A stretch of DNA of 64,000 nucleotides from the human T2T-CHM13v2.0 reference genome, Homo sapiens, in NCBI RefSeq assembly GCF_009914755.1, contig NC_060933.1. One strand, given 5' to 3'. The position numbers and the translations under genes were made by a program. The notes under the pieces are model-generated. The model had not been told where the DNA came from. It saw only the letters and a program-made list of their open reading frames with translations, and did no database searches. Below, in pieces: positions 13,056 to 27,735 of the stretch. How positions within the stretch are numbered: position 1 is the stretch's first letter; each line of letters begins with the position of its first letter.

Positions 13056-16000
13056 GATTCCATTCAGGTTGTTCCATTCCATTCCATTCCATTCCACTCC
13101 ATTCCATTGCACTCGGGTTGATTCCATTGCATTCCATTCCATTCCGGAAGATTCCATTCCATTACATTCCATTACATTCCATTCCCCTGCACTCGCGTTG
13201 ATTCCATTCCATTCCATTCCATTCCATTCCCTTCCATTCCATTCCATTCCTTTCCGTTCCATTCCATTCCATTCCATTCCATTCCATTCCGTTCCGTTCC
13301 GTTCCGTTCCATTCCATTCCATTCCATTCTATTCGGGTTAATTCCATTCCATTCCATTCGATTGCAATCGAGTTGATTCCATTCCATTCCATTCCATTCC
13401 ATTCCATTCCATTCCATTCCATTCCTTTCCTTTCCATTACGGATGATTCCATTCCATTGCATTCCATTCCATTCCATTCCCCTGTACTCGGGTTGATTCC
13501 ATTCCATTCCATTCCAATCCATGCCATTCCACTCGTGTTGATTCCATTCTTTCCATTCCATTCAAGTTGAATCCATTCCATTGCATTCCATTCCATTCGA
13601 TTCCATTCGATTGCACTCGGGTTGATTCCATTCCATTGCATTCCATTCCATCCCATTTCATTCCATTCCATTCCTTTCCATTCCATTCCATTCCATTCCA
13701 TGCGATTGCAATCGAGTTGATTCCATTCCATTCCTTTCCATTCCATTCCATTCCATTCCACTCGAGTTGATTTCATTCCATTCCTTTCCATTCCATTCCA
13801 TTCCTTTCCATTCCGTTCCGTTCCGTTCCATTCCATTCCATTCCATTCTATTCGGGTTAATTCCATTCCATTCCATTCCATTCCATTCCATTCCATTCTG
13901 TTCCGTTCCGTTCCATTCCATTCCATTCCATTCTATTCGGATTAATTCCATTCCATTCCATTCCATTCCATTCCATTCCATTCCATTCCAATCGAGTTGA
14001 TTCCATTCCATTCCATTCCATTCCATTCCACTCCATTCCAGTCCTTTCCATTCCTTTCCACTCGGGTTGATTCCAATGTATTCCTTTCCATTCCATTCCA
14101 CTGCATTGCAATCGAGTTGATTCCATTGCTTTGCATTCCATTCCGTTCCATTCCATTCCTTTCCGTTCCGTTCCATTCCATTCCATTCCATTCCATTCCA
14201 TTCCGTTCCGTTCCGTTCCGTTCCATTCCATTCCATTCCATTCTATTCAGGTTAATTCCATTCCATTCCATTCGACTGCAATCGAGTTGATTCCATTCCA
14301 TTCCATTCCATTCCATTCCATTCCATTCCATTGCTTTCCATTCCATTACGGATGATTCCATTCCATTGCATTCCATTCCATTCCATTCCCCTGTACTCGG
14401 GTTGATTCCATTCCATTCCATTCCAATCCATGCCATTCCACTCGTGTTGATTCCACTCTTTCCATTCCATTCAAGTTGAATCCATTCCATTGCATTCCAT
14501 TCCATTCCATTCCATTCCCCTGCAGTCGGGTTGATTCCATTCCATTCCATTCCATTCCACTCCATTCCGTTCCGTTCCGTTCCATTCCATTCCATTCCAT
14601 TCCATTCTATTCGGGTTAATTCCATTCTATTCCATTCCATTCCATTCCATTCCATTCCAATCGAGTTGATTCCATTCCATTTCATTCCATTCCATTCCAC
14701 TCCATTCCAGTCCTTTCCATTCCATTCCACTCGGGTTGATGCCAATGTATTCCTTTCCATTCCATTCCATTCCATTGCAATCGAGTTGATTCCATTGCTT
14801 TGCTTTCCATTCCGGATGATTCCATTCCATTGCATTCCATTCCATTCCATTCCCCTGCACTCGGGTTGATTCCATTCCATTCCACTCCATTCCGTTCCAT
14901 TCCATTCCATTCCATTGTATTCGGGTTAATTCCATTCCATTCCATTCCATTCCATTCCATCACAATCGAGTTGGTTCCATTCCATTCCATTCCATTCCAT
15001 TCCATTCCATTCCATTCCGTATGATTCCATTCCATTACATTCTGTTCCATTATATTCCCCTGCACTCAGGTTGATTCCATTCCATTCCATTCCATTCCAT
15101 TCGATTCCATTCCATTCCAATTCTTTCCATTCCATTCTATTCGGTACCATTCCATTCCATTCCATACCATTCCATTCCATTCCATTCCATTCCATTCCAT
15201 TCCGTTCCGTTCCGTTCCGTTCCATTCCATTCCATTCCATTTTATTCGGGTTAATTCCATTCCATTCCATTCCATTCCATTCTATTCCATTCCATTGCAA
15301 TCGAGTTGAATCCATTGCATTCAATTCCATTCCATTCCATTCCATTGCAATCGAGTTGAATCCATTGCATTCCATTCCATTCCATTCCGGAAGATTCCAT
15401 TCCATTGCATTCCATTCCATTCCATTCCCCTGCACTCGCGTTGATTCCATTCCATTCCATTCCATTCCGTTCCGTTCCGTTCCGTTCCATTCCATTCCAT
15501 TCCATTCCGTTCCGTTCCGTTCCGTTCCATTCCATTCCATTCTATTCGGGTTAATTCCATTCCATTCCATTCGATTGCAATCGTGTTGATTCCATTCCAT
15601 TCCATTCCATTCCATTCCATTCCTTTCCATTCCATTACGGATGATTCCATTCCACTGCATTACATTCCATTCCATTCCCCTGTACTCGGGTTGATTCCAT
15701 TCCATTCCATTCCATTCCATTCCATTCTATTCCATTCCATTCCATTCCATTCCGGAAGATTCCATTCCATTGCATTCCATTCCATTCCATTCCCCTGCCC
15801 ACGCGTTGATTCCATTCCATTCCATTCCATTCCATTCCATTCCATTCTGATCCGTTCCATTACATTCCATTCCATTCCATTCCGTTCCGTTCCATTCCAT
15901 TCCATTCCATTCCATTCTATTCGGATTAATTCCATTCCATTCCATTCGATTGCAATCGAGTTGATTCCATTCCATTCCATTCCAATCCATGCCATTCTAC

Positions 16001-19000
16001 TCGTTATGATTCCATTCTTTCCATTCCATTCAAGTTGAATCCATTCCATTGCATTCCATTCCATTCCATTCCCCTGCAGTCGGGTTGATTCCATTCCATT
16101 CCATTCCATTCCATTCCATTCCATTCCGTTCCGTTCCATTCCATTCCTTTCCATTCTATTCGGGTTAATTCCATTCCATTCCATTCCATTCCATTCCAAT
16201 CGAGTTGATTCCATTCCATTCCATTCCATTCCATTCCACTCCATTCCAGTCCTTTCCATTCCATTCCACTCGGGTTGATTCCAATGTATTCCTTTCCATT
16301 CAATTCCATTCCATTGCAATCGAGTTGATTCCATTGCTTTGCATTCCATTCCATTAAATTCCATTCAGGATGATTCCATTCCATTGCATTCCATTCCATT
16401 CCATTCCCCTGCACTCGGGTTGATTCCATTCCATTCCACTCCATTCCCTTCCATTCCATTCCATTCCATTGTATTCGGGTTAATTCCATTCCATTCCATT
16501 CCATTCCATTCCATTCCATTCCATTCCATTACAATAGAGTTGATTCCATTCCATTCCATTCCATTCCATTCCATTCCAGTCCTTTCCATTCCATTCCACT
16601 CGGGTTGATTCCATTGTATTAGTTTCCATTCCATTCCATTCCCTTCCATTCCACTCTGGTTGATTCCATTCCTTTCCATTCCACTCGAATACATTCCCTC
16701 CTATTCCACTCGGAAAGATTCCATTCCATTCCATTCCATTCCATTCCATTCCATTCCATTCCATTCCATTTCGTTCCATTCCATTCTATTCCGTATCATT
16801 CCATTCCATTCCATTCCATTCGATTCCATTCCATTCCAATTCTTTCCATTCCATTCTATTCGGTACCATTCCATTCCATTCCATACCATTCCATTCCATT
16901 CCATTCCATTCCATTCCATTCCGTTCCGTTCCGTTCCGTTCCATTCCATTCCATTCCATTTTATTCGGGTTAATTCCATTCCATTCCATTCCATTCCATT
17001 CTATTCCATTCCATTGCAATCGAGTTGAATCCATTGCATTCAATTCCATTCCATTCCATTCCATTGCAATCGAGTTGAATCCATTGCATTCCATTCCATT
17101 CCATTCCGGAAGATTCCATTCCATTGCATTCCATTCCATTCCATTCCCCTGCACTCGCGTTGATTCCATTCCATTCCATTCCATTCCGTTCCGTTCCGTT
17201 CCGTTCCATTCCATTCCATTCCATTCCGTTCCGTTCCGTTCCGTTCCATTCCATTCCATTCTATTCGGGTTAATTCCATTCCATTCCATTCGATTGCAAT
17301 CTTGTTGATTCCATTCCATTCCATTCCATTCCATTCCATTCCTTTCCATTCCATTACGGATGATTCCATTCCACTGCATTACATTCCATTCCATTCCCCT
17401 GTACTCGGGTTGATTCCATTCCATTCCATTCCATTCCATTCCATTCTATTCCATTCCATTCCATTCCATTCCGGAAGATTCCATTCCATTGCATTCCATT
17501 CCATTCCATTCCCCTGCCCACGCGTTGATTCCATTCCATTCCATTCCATTCCATTCCATTCCATTCTGATCCGTTCCATTACATTCCATTCCATTCCATT
17601 CCGTTCCGTTCCATTCCATTCCATTCCATTCCATTCTATTCGGATTAATTCCATTCCATTCCATTCGATTGCAATCGAGTTGATTCCATTCCATTCCATT
17701 CCAATCCATGCCATTCTACTCGTTATGATTCCATTCTTTCCATTCCATTCAAGTTGAATCCATTCCATTGCATTCCATTCCATTCCATTCCCCTGCAGTC
17801 GGGTTGATTCCATTCCATTCCATTCCATTCCATTCCATTCCATTCCGTTCCGTTCCATTCCATTCCTTTCCATTCTATTCGGGTTAATTCCATTCCATTC
17901 CATTCCATTCCATTCCAATCGAGTTGATTCCATTCCATTCCATTCCATTCCATTCCACTCCATTCCAGTCCTTTCCATTCCATTCCACTCGGGTTGATTC
18001 CAATGTATTCCTTTCCATTCAATTCCATTCCATTGCAATCGAGTTGATTCCATTGCTTTGCATTCCATTCCATTAAATTCCATTCAGGATGATTCCATTC
18101 CATTGCATTCCATTCCATTCCATTCCCCTGCACTCGGGTTGATTCCATTCCATTCCACTCCATTCCCTTCCATTCCATTCCATTCCATTGTATTCGGGTT
18201 AATTCCATTCCATTCCATTCCATTCCATTCCATTCCATTCCATTCCATTACAATAGAGTTGATTCCATTCCATTCCATTCCATTCCATTCCATTCCAGTC
18301 CTTTCCATTCCATTCCACTCGGGTTGATTCCATTGTATTAGTTTCCATTCCATTCCATTCCCTTCCATTCCACTCTGGTTGATTCCATTCCTTTCCATTC
18401 CACTCGAATACATTCCCTCCTATTCCACTCGGAAAGATTCCATTCCATTCCATTCCATTCCATTCCATTCCATTCCATTCCATTCCATTTCGTTCCATTC
18501 CATTCTATTCCGTATCATTCCATTCCATTCCATTCCATTCCATTCCATTCCATTCCACTCGTGTTGCTTCCTTTCCTTTCCATTCCATTCGGTTTGAAGG
18601 CATTCCATTCCATTCCATTCCATTCCATTCCATTCCATTCCATTCCATTCCATTGTACTCGGGTTGATTCCATTCCATTGCATTCCATTCCATTCAAGTT
18701 GAATCCATTCCATTGTATTCCATTCCATTCGATTCCATTCGATTGCACTCGGGTTGATTCCATTCCATTGCATTCCATTCCATTCCATTCCATTCCATTA
18801 CATTCCTTTCCATTCCGTTCCATTCCATTCCATTACATTCGGATTGATTCTATTCAATTCCCTTACACTCCATTACATTCCATTCCATTCGGGTAGTTTC
18901 CATTCCATTCCATTCCATTCCTCTCCATTCCATTGCACTCGGGTTGATTCCATTCCATTGCATTCCATTCCATTCCATTCAATTCCATTCCGTTACATTC

Positions 19001-21544
19001 CATTCCATTACATTCGGATTGACTCTATTCAACTCCCTTACTCTCCATTACATTCCATTCCATTCGGGTTGTTCCATTCCATTCCATTCCATTCCACTCC
19101 ATTCCATTGCACTCGGGTTTATTCCATTCCATTCCATTCCATTCCATTCCATTCCATTCCATTCCGGAAGATTCCATTCCATTGCATTCCATTCCATTCC
19201 ATTCCCCTGCACTCGCGTTGATTCCATTCCATTCCATTCCATTCCATTCCGTTCCGTTCCATTCCATTCCATTCCATTCCATTCCATTCTATTCCATTCC
19301 GTTCCGTTCCATTCCATTCCATTCCATTCCATTCTATTCGGGTTAATTCCATTCCATTCCATTCGATTGCCATCGAGTTGATTCCATTCCATTCCATTCC
19401 ATTCCATTCCATTCCATTCCATTCCATTCCATTCCTTTCCATTCCATTACGGATGACTCCATTCCATTGCATTCCATTCCATTCCATTCCCCTGTACTCG
19501 TGTTGATTCCATTCCATTGCATTCCACTCCATTCGGTTCCATTGCATTCCATTCTATTGCATTCCATCTATTCGGGTTAATTCCATTCCATTCTATTCCA
19601 TTCCATTCCATTCCATTCCGTTGCAATGGAGTTGATTCCATTCCATTCCATTCCATTCCGGATGATTCCATTGCATTGCATTCCATTCAATTCCATTCCC
19701 CTGCACTCGTGTTGATTCCATTCCCTTCCATTCCATTCCATTCCGTTCCATTCCATTCCATTCCATTCTATTCCGGTTAATTCCATTCCACTCCATTCCA
19801 TTCCATTCCATTCCATTGCAATCGAGTTGATTCCATTCCATTCATTTCCATTCCATTCCATTGCCTTGCATTCCACTCGGGTTGATTCCATTCCCTTCTT
19901 TCCACTCCATTACATTCCCTTCCATGATTGATTCCATTCCATTGCATTCTATTGCAATCCATTCCAATCCATTCCATTCCATTCTATTCCACTCGAGTTG
20001 ACTTTATTCCATTCCTTTCCATTCCATTCCATTCCTTTCCACTCGAGTTGATTCCATTCCATTCCAATCCATTGCATTCCATTCCATGCCATTCCACTCG
20101 GGTTGATTCCATTCCTTTGCATTCCATTCCATTCCATTCCATTCCATTCCATTCCATTCCATTCCATTCCGTTGCATTCCATTCCATTACATTCGCATTG
20201 ATTCTATTCAACTCCCTTACTCTCCATTACATTCCATTCCATTCGGTTTGTTCCATTCCATTCCATTCCATTCCATTCCATTCCATTGCTCTCGGGTTGA
20301 TTCCATTCCATTCCATTCCATTCCATTCCATTCCGGATGATTCCATTCCATTGCATTCCGTTCCATTACATTCCCCTGCACTTGCGTTGATTCCATTCCA
20401 TTCCATTCCTTTCCATTCAATTCCATTCCATTACAATTCGTTCCATTCCATTCTATTCCGTACCATTCCATTCCATTCCATACCATTCCATTCCATTCCA
20501 TTCCATTCCATTCCATTACGGATGATTCCATTCCATTGCATTCCATTCCATTACATTCAATTCCATTCCGTTCCATTCCATTCCATTACATTCGGATTGA
20601 TTCTATTCAACTCCCTTACTCTCCATTACATTCGATTCCATTCGGGTTGTTCCATTCCATTCCATTCCATTCCACTCCATTCCATTGCACTCGGGTTGAT
20701 TCCATTCCATTCCATTCCATTCCGGAAGATTCCATTCCATTACATTCCATTACATTCCATTCCCCTGCACTCGCGTTGATTCCATTCCATTCCATTCCAT
20801 TCCATTCAATTCCATTCCTTTCCGTTCCATTCCATTCCACTCCATTCCGTTCCGTTCCGTTACGTTCCGTTCCATTCCATTCCATTCCATTCTATTCGGG
20901 TTAATTCCATTCCATACCATTCGATTGCAATCGAGTTGATTCCATTCCATTCCATTCCATTCCATTCCATTCCATTCCTTTCCATTCCATTCCATTCCAT
21001 TCCGTTCCATTCCGTTCCATTCCATTCCATTCCATTCTATGCGGGTTAATTCCATTCCATTCCATTCCATTCCATTCCATTCCATTCTATTCCATTCCAT
21101 TGCAATCGAGTTGAATCCATTGCATTTCATTCCATTCCATTCCATTCCATTCCGGAAGTTTCCATTCCATTGCATTCCATTCCATTCCATTCCCCTGCAC
21201 TCGCGTTGATTCCATTCCAATCCATTCCATTCCATTCCATTCCGTTCCGTTCCATTCCATTCCATTCCATTCTATTCGGGTTAATTCCATTCCATTCCAT
21301 TCGATTGCAATCGAGTTGATTCCATTCCATTCCATTCCATTCCATTCCGTTCCATTCCATTCTTTCCATTCCATTACGGATGATTCCATTCCATTGCATT
21401 CCATTCCATTCCATTCCCCTCTACTCGGGTTGATTCCATTCCATTCCATTCCAATCCATGCCATTCCACTCGTGTTGATTCCATTCTTTCCATTCCCTTC
21501 AAGTTGAATCCATTCCATTGCATTCCATTCCATTCGATTCCATT
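13028..21544 (-). repeat. 7451-bp duplication unit, copy 2 (expanded by an internal 1719-bp duplication; lacks the last ~0.6 kb of copy 1)
   Basis: Matches 5577-~9370 at +7451, then ~7630-12424 at +9170/+9165/+9120. It differs by only a few SNVs and pentamer-number indels. Confidence 0.88.
15078..18540 (-). repeat. 1719-bp tandem duplication (2 copies)
   Basis: Identical ORFs occur at +1719 (15660/17379, 16004/17723, 16365/18084). The junction lies in a 25-bp CATTC run at 16797-16821. One SNV was seen (15583 G vs 17302 T). Confidence 0.92.
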
Positions 21545-23290
21545 CGATTGCATTCGGGTTGATTCCATTCCATTGCATTCCATTCCATTCCATTCCATTC
21601 CATTCCATTCCATTCCGTTCCATTCCATTTCATTACATTCAGATTGATTCTATTCAATTCCCTTACACTCCATTATATTCCAATCCATTCTGGTTGTTTC
21701 CATTCCATTCCATTCCATTTCACTCCGTTCCATTGCACTCGGGTTGATTCCATTCCATTCCATTCCATTGCATTCCAATCCATTCCATTCCGGATGATTC
21801 CATTCCATTGCATTCCTTTCCATTCCATTCCCCTGCACTCGGGTTGATTCCATTCCATTCCATTCCATTAGATTCCGTTCCATTCCATTCCATTCCATTC
21901 CATTCGGATTGATTCTATTCAATTCCCTTACAGTCCATTACATTCCATTCCATTCGGGTAGTTTCCATTCCATTCCATTCCATTCCTCTCCATTCCATTG
22001 CACTCGGGTTGATTCCATTCCATTCCATTCCATTCCATTACATTACATTACATTCCGTTCCATTGTACTCGGGTTGATTCCATTCCATTGCATTCCATTC
22101 CATTCCATTCCATTCCATTCCATTCCATTCCATTCTATTCGGTTTAAATCCATTCCATTCCATTCCATTCCATTCCATTCTATTCCATTCCATTGCAATC
22201 GAGTTGAATCCATTGCTTTGCATTCCATTCCATTCCATTCCATTCCGGAAGTTTCCATTCCATTGCATTCCATTCCATTCCATTCCATTCCATTCCATTC
22301 CATTCCATTCCATTCCATTGTACTCGGGTTGATTCCATTCCATTGCATTCCATTCCATTCCATTCCATTCCATTCCGTTCCATTCCGTTGCATTCCATTC
22401 CATTACATTCGGATTGATTCTATTCAACTCCCTTAATCTCCATTACATTCCATTCCATTTGGGTTGTTCCATTCCATTCCACTCCATTCCATTGCACTCG
22501 GGTTGATTCCATTCCATTCCGTTCCATTCCATTCCATTCCGGATGATTCCATTCCATTGCATTCCTTTCCATTACATTCCCCTGCATTCGCGTTGATTCC
22601 ATTCCATTCCATTCAATTCCATTCAATTCCATTCCATTACAATTCGTTCCATTCCATTCGACTCCGTACCATTCCATTCCATTCCATACCATTCCATTCC
22701 ATTCCATTCCATTCCATTCCGTTCCATTCCGTTCCATTCCATTCCATTCCATTCTATTCGGGTTAATTCCATTCCATTCCATTCCATTCTATTCCATTCC
22801 ATTGCAATCGAGTTGATTCAATTGCATTTCATTCCATTCCATTCCATTCCATTCCATTCCGAAAGATTCCATTCCATTGCATTCCATTCCATTCCATTCC
22901 CCTGCACTCGCGTTGATTCCATTCCATTCCATTCCATTCCATCCATTCCGTTCCGTTCCGTTCCATTCCATTCCATTCCATTCCGTTCCTTTCCATTCCA
23001 TTCCATTCCATTCTATTCGGGTTAATTCCATTCCATTCCATTCGATTGCAATCGAGTTGATTCCATTCCATTCCATTCTATTCCATTCCATTCCATTCCT
23101 TTCCATTCCATTACGGATGATTCCATTCCATTGCATTCAATTCCATTCCATTCCCCTGTACTCGGGTTGATTCCATTCCATTCCATTCCAATCCATGCCA
23201 TTCCACTCGTGTTGATTCCATTCTTTCCATTCCATTCAAGTTGAATCCATTCCATTGCATGCCATTCCATTCGATTCCATTTGATTGCAC
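21030..23290 (-). repeat. Older diverged copy of ~30340-32670 (and ~39790-42120)
   Basis: Shares rare markers in the same order at an offset of ~9.31-9.38 kb: CTATGCGGG, CATTAGATTCCG, GGTTTAAATCC, CCTTAATCTCC, TTCGACTCCGTACC, CCGAAAGA, GCATGCC. Several SNVs and indels separate the copies. Confidence 0.85.
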
Positions 23291-26200
23291 TCGGGTTGAT
23301 TCCATTCCATTGCACTCCATTCCATTCCATTTCATTCCATTCCATTCCTTTCCATTCCATTCCATTCCATTCCATTGCAATCGAGTTGATTACATTCCAT
23401 TCCTTTCCATTCCATTCCATTGCCTTGCATTCCACTCGGGTTGATTCCAATCCCTTCTTTCCACTCCATTACATTCCCTTCCATTCCACTCGGAATGATT
23501 GATTCCATTCCATTCCATTCCATTTCATTCCATTGCAATCCATTCCAATCCATTCCATTCCATTCCATTCCACTCGAGTTGATTTCATTCCATTCCTTTC
23601 CATTCCATTCCATTCCTTTCCACTCGAGTTGATTCCATTCCATTCCATTCCATTGCATTCCATTCCATGCCATTCCACTCGGGTTGATTCCATTCCATTC
23701 CATTCCATTCCATTCCATTCCATTCCATTCCATTCCATTGCATTCCATTCCATTCCTTTCCCCTGCACTCGGGTTGATTCCATTCCATTCCATTCCATTC
23801 CTTTCCATTCCATTACGGATGATTCCATTCCATTGCATTCCATTCCATTCCATTCCCCTGTACTCGGGTTGATTCCATTCCATTGCATTCCAATCCATGC
23901 CCTTCCACTCGTGTTGATTCCATTCTTTCCATTCCGTTCAAGTTGAATCCATTCGATTGCATTCCATTCCATTCGATTCCATTCGATTGCACACTGGTTG
24001 ATTCCATTCCATTGCATTCGATTCCATTCCATTCCATTCCATTTCATTCCATTCCGTTCCTTTCCATTCCATTACATTCGGATTGATTCTATTCAATTCC
24101 CTTACACTCCATTACATTCTATTCCATTCGGGTATTTTCCATTCCATTACATTCCATTCCTCTCCATTCCATTGCACTCGGGTTGATTCCATTCCGTTGC
24201 ATTCCATTCCATTCCATTCCATTCAATTCCATTCCGTTCCATTCCATTCCATTCCATTCGGATTGATTCTATTCAACTCCCTTAGTCTCCATTACATTCC
24301 ATTCCATTCGGGTTGTTCCATTCCATTCCATTCCATTCCACTCCATTCCATTGCATTCGGGTTTATTCCATTCCATTCCATTCCATTCCATTCAATTCCA
24401 TTCCATTCTGGAAGATTCCATTCCATTGCCTTCCATTCCATTCCATTCCCCTACACTCGCGTTGATTCCATTCCATTCCATTCCATTCCATTCCATTCCA
24501 TTCCATTCTTTTCCGTTCCATTCCATTCTATTCCATTCTATTCGGGTTAATTCCATTCCATTCCATTCGATTGCAATCGAGTTGATTCCATTCCATTCCA
24601 TTCCATTCCATTCCATTCCTTTCCATTCCATTACGGATGATTCCATTCCATTGCATTCCATTCCATTCCATTCCCCTGTACTCGGGTTGATTCCATTCCA
24701 TTCCATTCCAATCCATGCCATTCCACTCGTGTTGATTCCATTCTTTCCATTCCATTCAAGTTGAATCCATTCCATTGCATTCCATTCCATTCCATTCCCC
24801 TGCAGTCGGGTTGATTCCATTCCATTCCATTCCATTCCATTCCATTCCGTTCCGTTCCGTTCCGTTCCATTCCATTCCATTCCTTTCTATTCGGGTTAAT
24901 TCCATTCCATTCCATTCCATTCCATTCCAATCAATTTGATTCCATTCCATTCCATTCCATTCCATTCCATTCCACTCCATTCCAGTCCTTTCCATTCCAT
25001 TCCACTCGGGTTGATTCCAATGTATTCCTTTCCATTCCTTTCCATTCCATTGCAATCGAGTTGATTCCATTGCTTTGCATTCCATTCCATTCCATTCCGG
25101 ATGATTCCATTCCATTGCATTGCATTCCATTCCATTCCCCTGCACTCGGGTTGATTCCATTCCATTCCACTCCATTCCGTTCCATTCCATTCCATTCCAT
25201 TCCATTCCATTACAATCGAGTTGATTCCATTCCATTCCATTCCATTCCAGTCCTTTCCATTCCATTCCACTCGGGTTGATTCCATTCTATTAGTTTCCAT
25301 TCCATTCCATTCCCTTCCATTCCACTCTGGTTGTTTCCATTCCTTTCCATTCCACTCGAATACATTCCCTCCTATTCCACTCGGAACGATTCCATTCCAT
25401 TCCATTCCATTCCATTCCATTCCATTCCATTCCATTCCATTTCGTTCCATTCCATTCCATTCCGTATCATTCCATTCCATTCCATTCCATTCCATTCCAT
25501 TCCATTCCATTCCATTGTACTCGGGTTGATTCCATTCCATTGCATTCCATTCCATTCCATTCCATTGCATTCCGTTGCATTCCATTCCATTACATTCGGA
25601 TTGATTCTATTCAACTCCCTTACTCTCCATTACATTCCATTCCATTCGGGTTGTTCCATTCTATTCCATTCCATTAGACTCCATTCCATTGCACTCGGGT
25701 TGATTCCATTCCATTCCATTCCATTCCATTCCATTCCGGATGATTCCATTCCATTGCATTCCGTTCCATTACATTCCCCTGCACTCGCGTTGATTCCATT
25801 CCATTCCATTCCATTCCACTCAATTCCATTCCATTACAATTCGCTCCATTCCATTCTATTCCGTACCATTCCATTCCATTCCATACCATTCCATTCCATT
25901 CCATTCCATTCCATTCCGTTCCATTCCGTTCCATTCAATTCCATTCCATTCTATTCGGATTAATTCCATTCCATTCCATTCCATTCCATTCTATTCCATT
26001 CCATTGCAATCGAGTTGAATCCATTGCATTTCATTCCATTCCATTCCATTCCATTCCGGAAGATTCCATTAAATTGCATTCCTTTCCATTCCATTCCCCT
26101 GCACTCGCGTTGATTCCATTCCATTCCATTCCATTCCATTCCATTCCATTCCGTTCCGTTCCATTCCATTCCATTCCATTCCATTCCATTCCATTCCGTT

Positions 26201-27735
26201 CCGTTCCATTCCATTCCATTCCATTCCTTTACGGATTATTCCATTCCATTGCATCCCATTACATTCCATTCCCCTGTACTCGGGTTGATTCCATTCCATT
26301 CCATTCCAATCCATGCCATTCCACTCGTGTTCATTCCATTCTTTCCATTCCATTCAAGTTGATTCCATTCCATTGCATTCCATTCCATTCCATTCCCCTG
26401 TACTCGGGTTGATTCCATTCCATTCCATTCCATTCCATTCCATTCCATTCCATTCCATTCCATTACATTCAGATTGATTCTATTCAATTCCCTTACACTC
26501 CATTATATTCCAATCCATTCTTGTTGTTTCCATTCCATTCCATTCCATTTCACTCCATTCCATTTCTCTCGGGTTGATTCCATTCTATTCCATTCCATTG
26601 CATTCCATTCCATTCCATTCCGGATGATTCCATTCCATTGCATTCCTTTCCATTCCATTCCCCTGCACTCGGGTTGATTCCATTCCATTCCATTCCATTA
26701 CATTCCGTTCCATTCCATTCCATTCCATTCGGATTGATTCTTTTCAATTCCCTTACACTCCATTACATTCCATTCCATTCGGGTAGTTTCCTTTCCATTC
26801 CATTCCATTCCTCTCCATTCCATTGCACTCGGGTTGATTCCATTCCATTCCATTCCATTCCATTACATTGCATTACATTACATTCCGTTCCATTGTACTC
26901 GGGTTGATTCCATTCCATTGCATTCCATTCCATTCCATTCCATTCCATTCCATTCCATTCCATTCCATTACATTCGGATTGATTTTATTCAACTCCCTAA
27001 CTCTCCATTCCATTCCATTCCATTCCATTCCATTCCATTCAATTCCATTCCTTTCCATTCCATTCCATTACATTCGGATTGATTCTATTCAACTCCCTTA
27101 CTCTCCATTACATTCGATTCCATTCGGGTTGTTCCATTCCATTCCATTCCATTCCACTCCATTCCATTGCACTCGGGTTGATTCCATTCCATTCCATTCC
27201 ATTCCGGAAGATTCCATTCCATTACATTCCATTACATTCCATTCCCCTGCACTCGTGTTGATTCCATTCCATTCGATTCCATTCCATTCCATTCCATTCC
27301 AATCAATTCCATTCCTTTCCGTTCCATTCCATTCCATTCCATTCCGTTCCGTTCCGTTCCGTTCCGTTCCATTCCATTCCATTCCATTCTATTCGGGTTA
27401 ATTCCATTCCATTCCATTCGATTGCAATTGAGTTGATTCCATTCCATTCCATTCCATTCCATTCCATTCCATTCCATTCCATTCCTTTCCATTCCATTAC
27501 GGATGATTCCATTCCATTGCACTCCATTCCATTCCATTCCCCTGTACTCGGGTTGATTCCATTCCATTCCATTCCAATCCATGCCATTCCACTCGTGTTG
27601 ATTCCATTCTTTCCATTCCATTCAAGTTGAATCCATTCCATTGCATTCCATTCCATTCGATTCCATTCGATTGCACTCGGGTTGATTCCATTCCATTGCA
27701 CTCCATTCCATTCCATTTCATTCCATTCCATTCCT

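Noticed and set aside
12661-19055. Exact 6000-bp offset between two copies of block c
   Set aside because: The round number follows from the duplication offsets (9165-3165). It does not by itself indicate a synthetic or formatting artefact.
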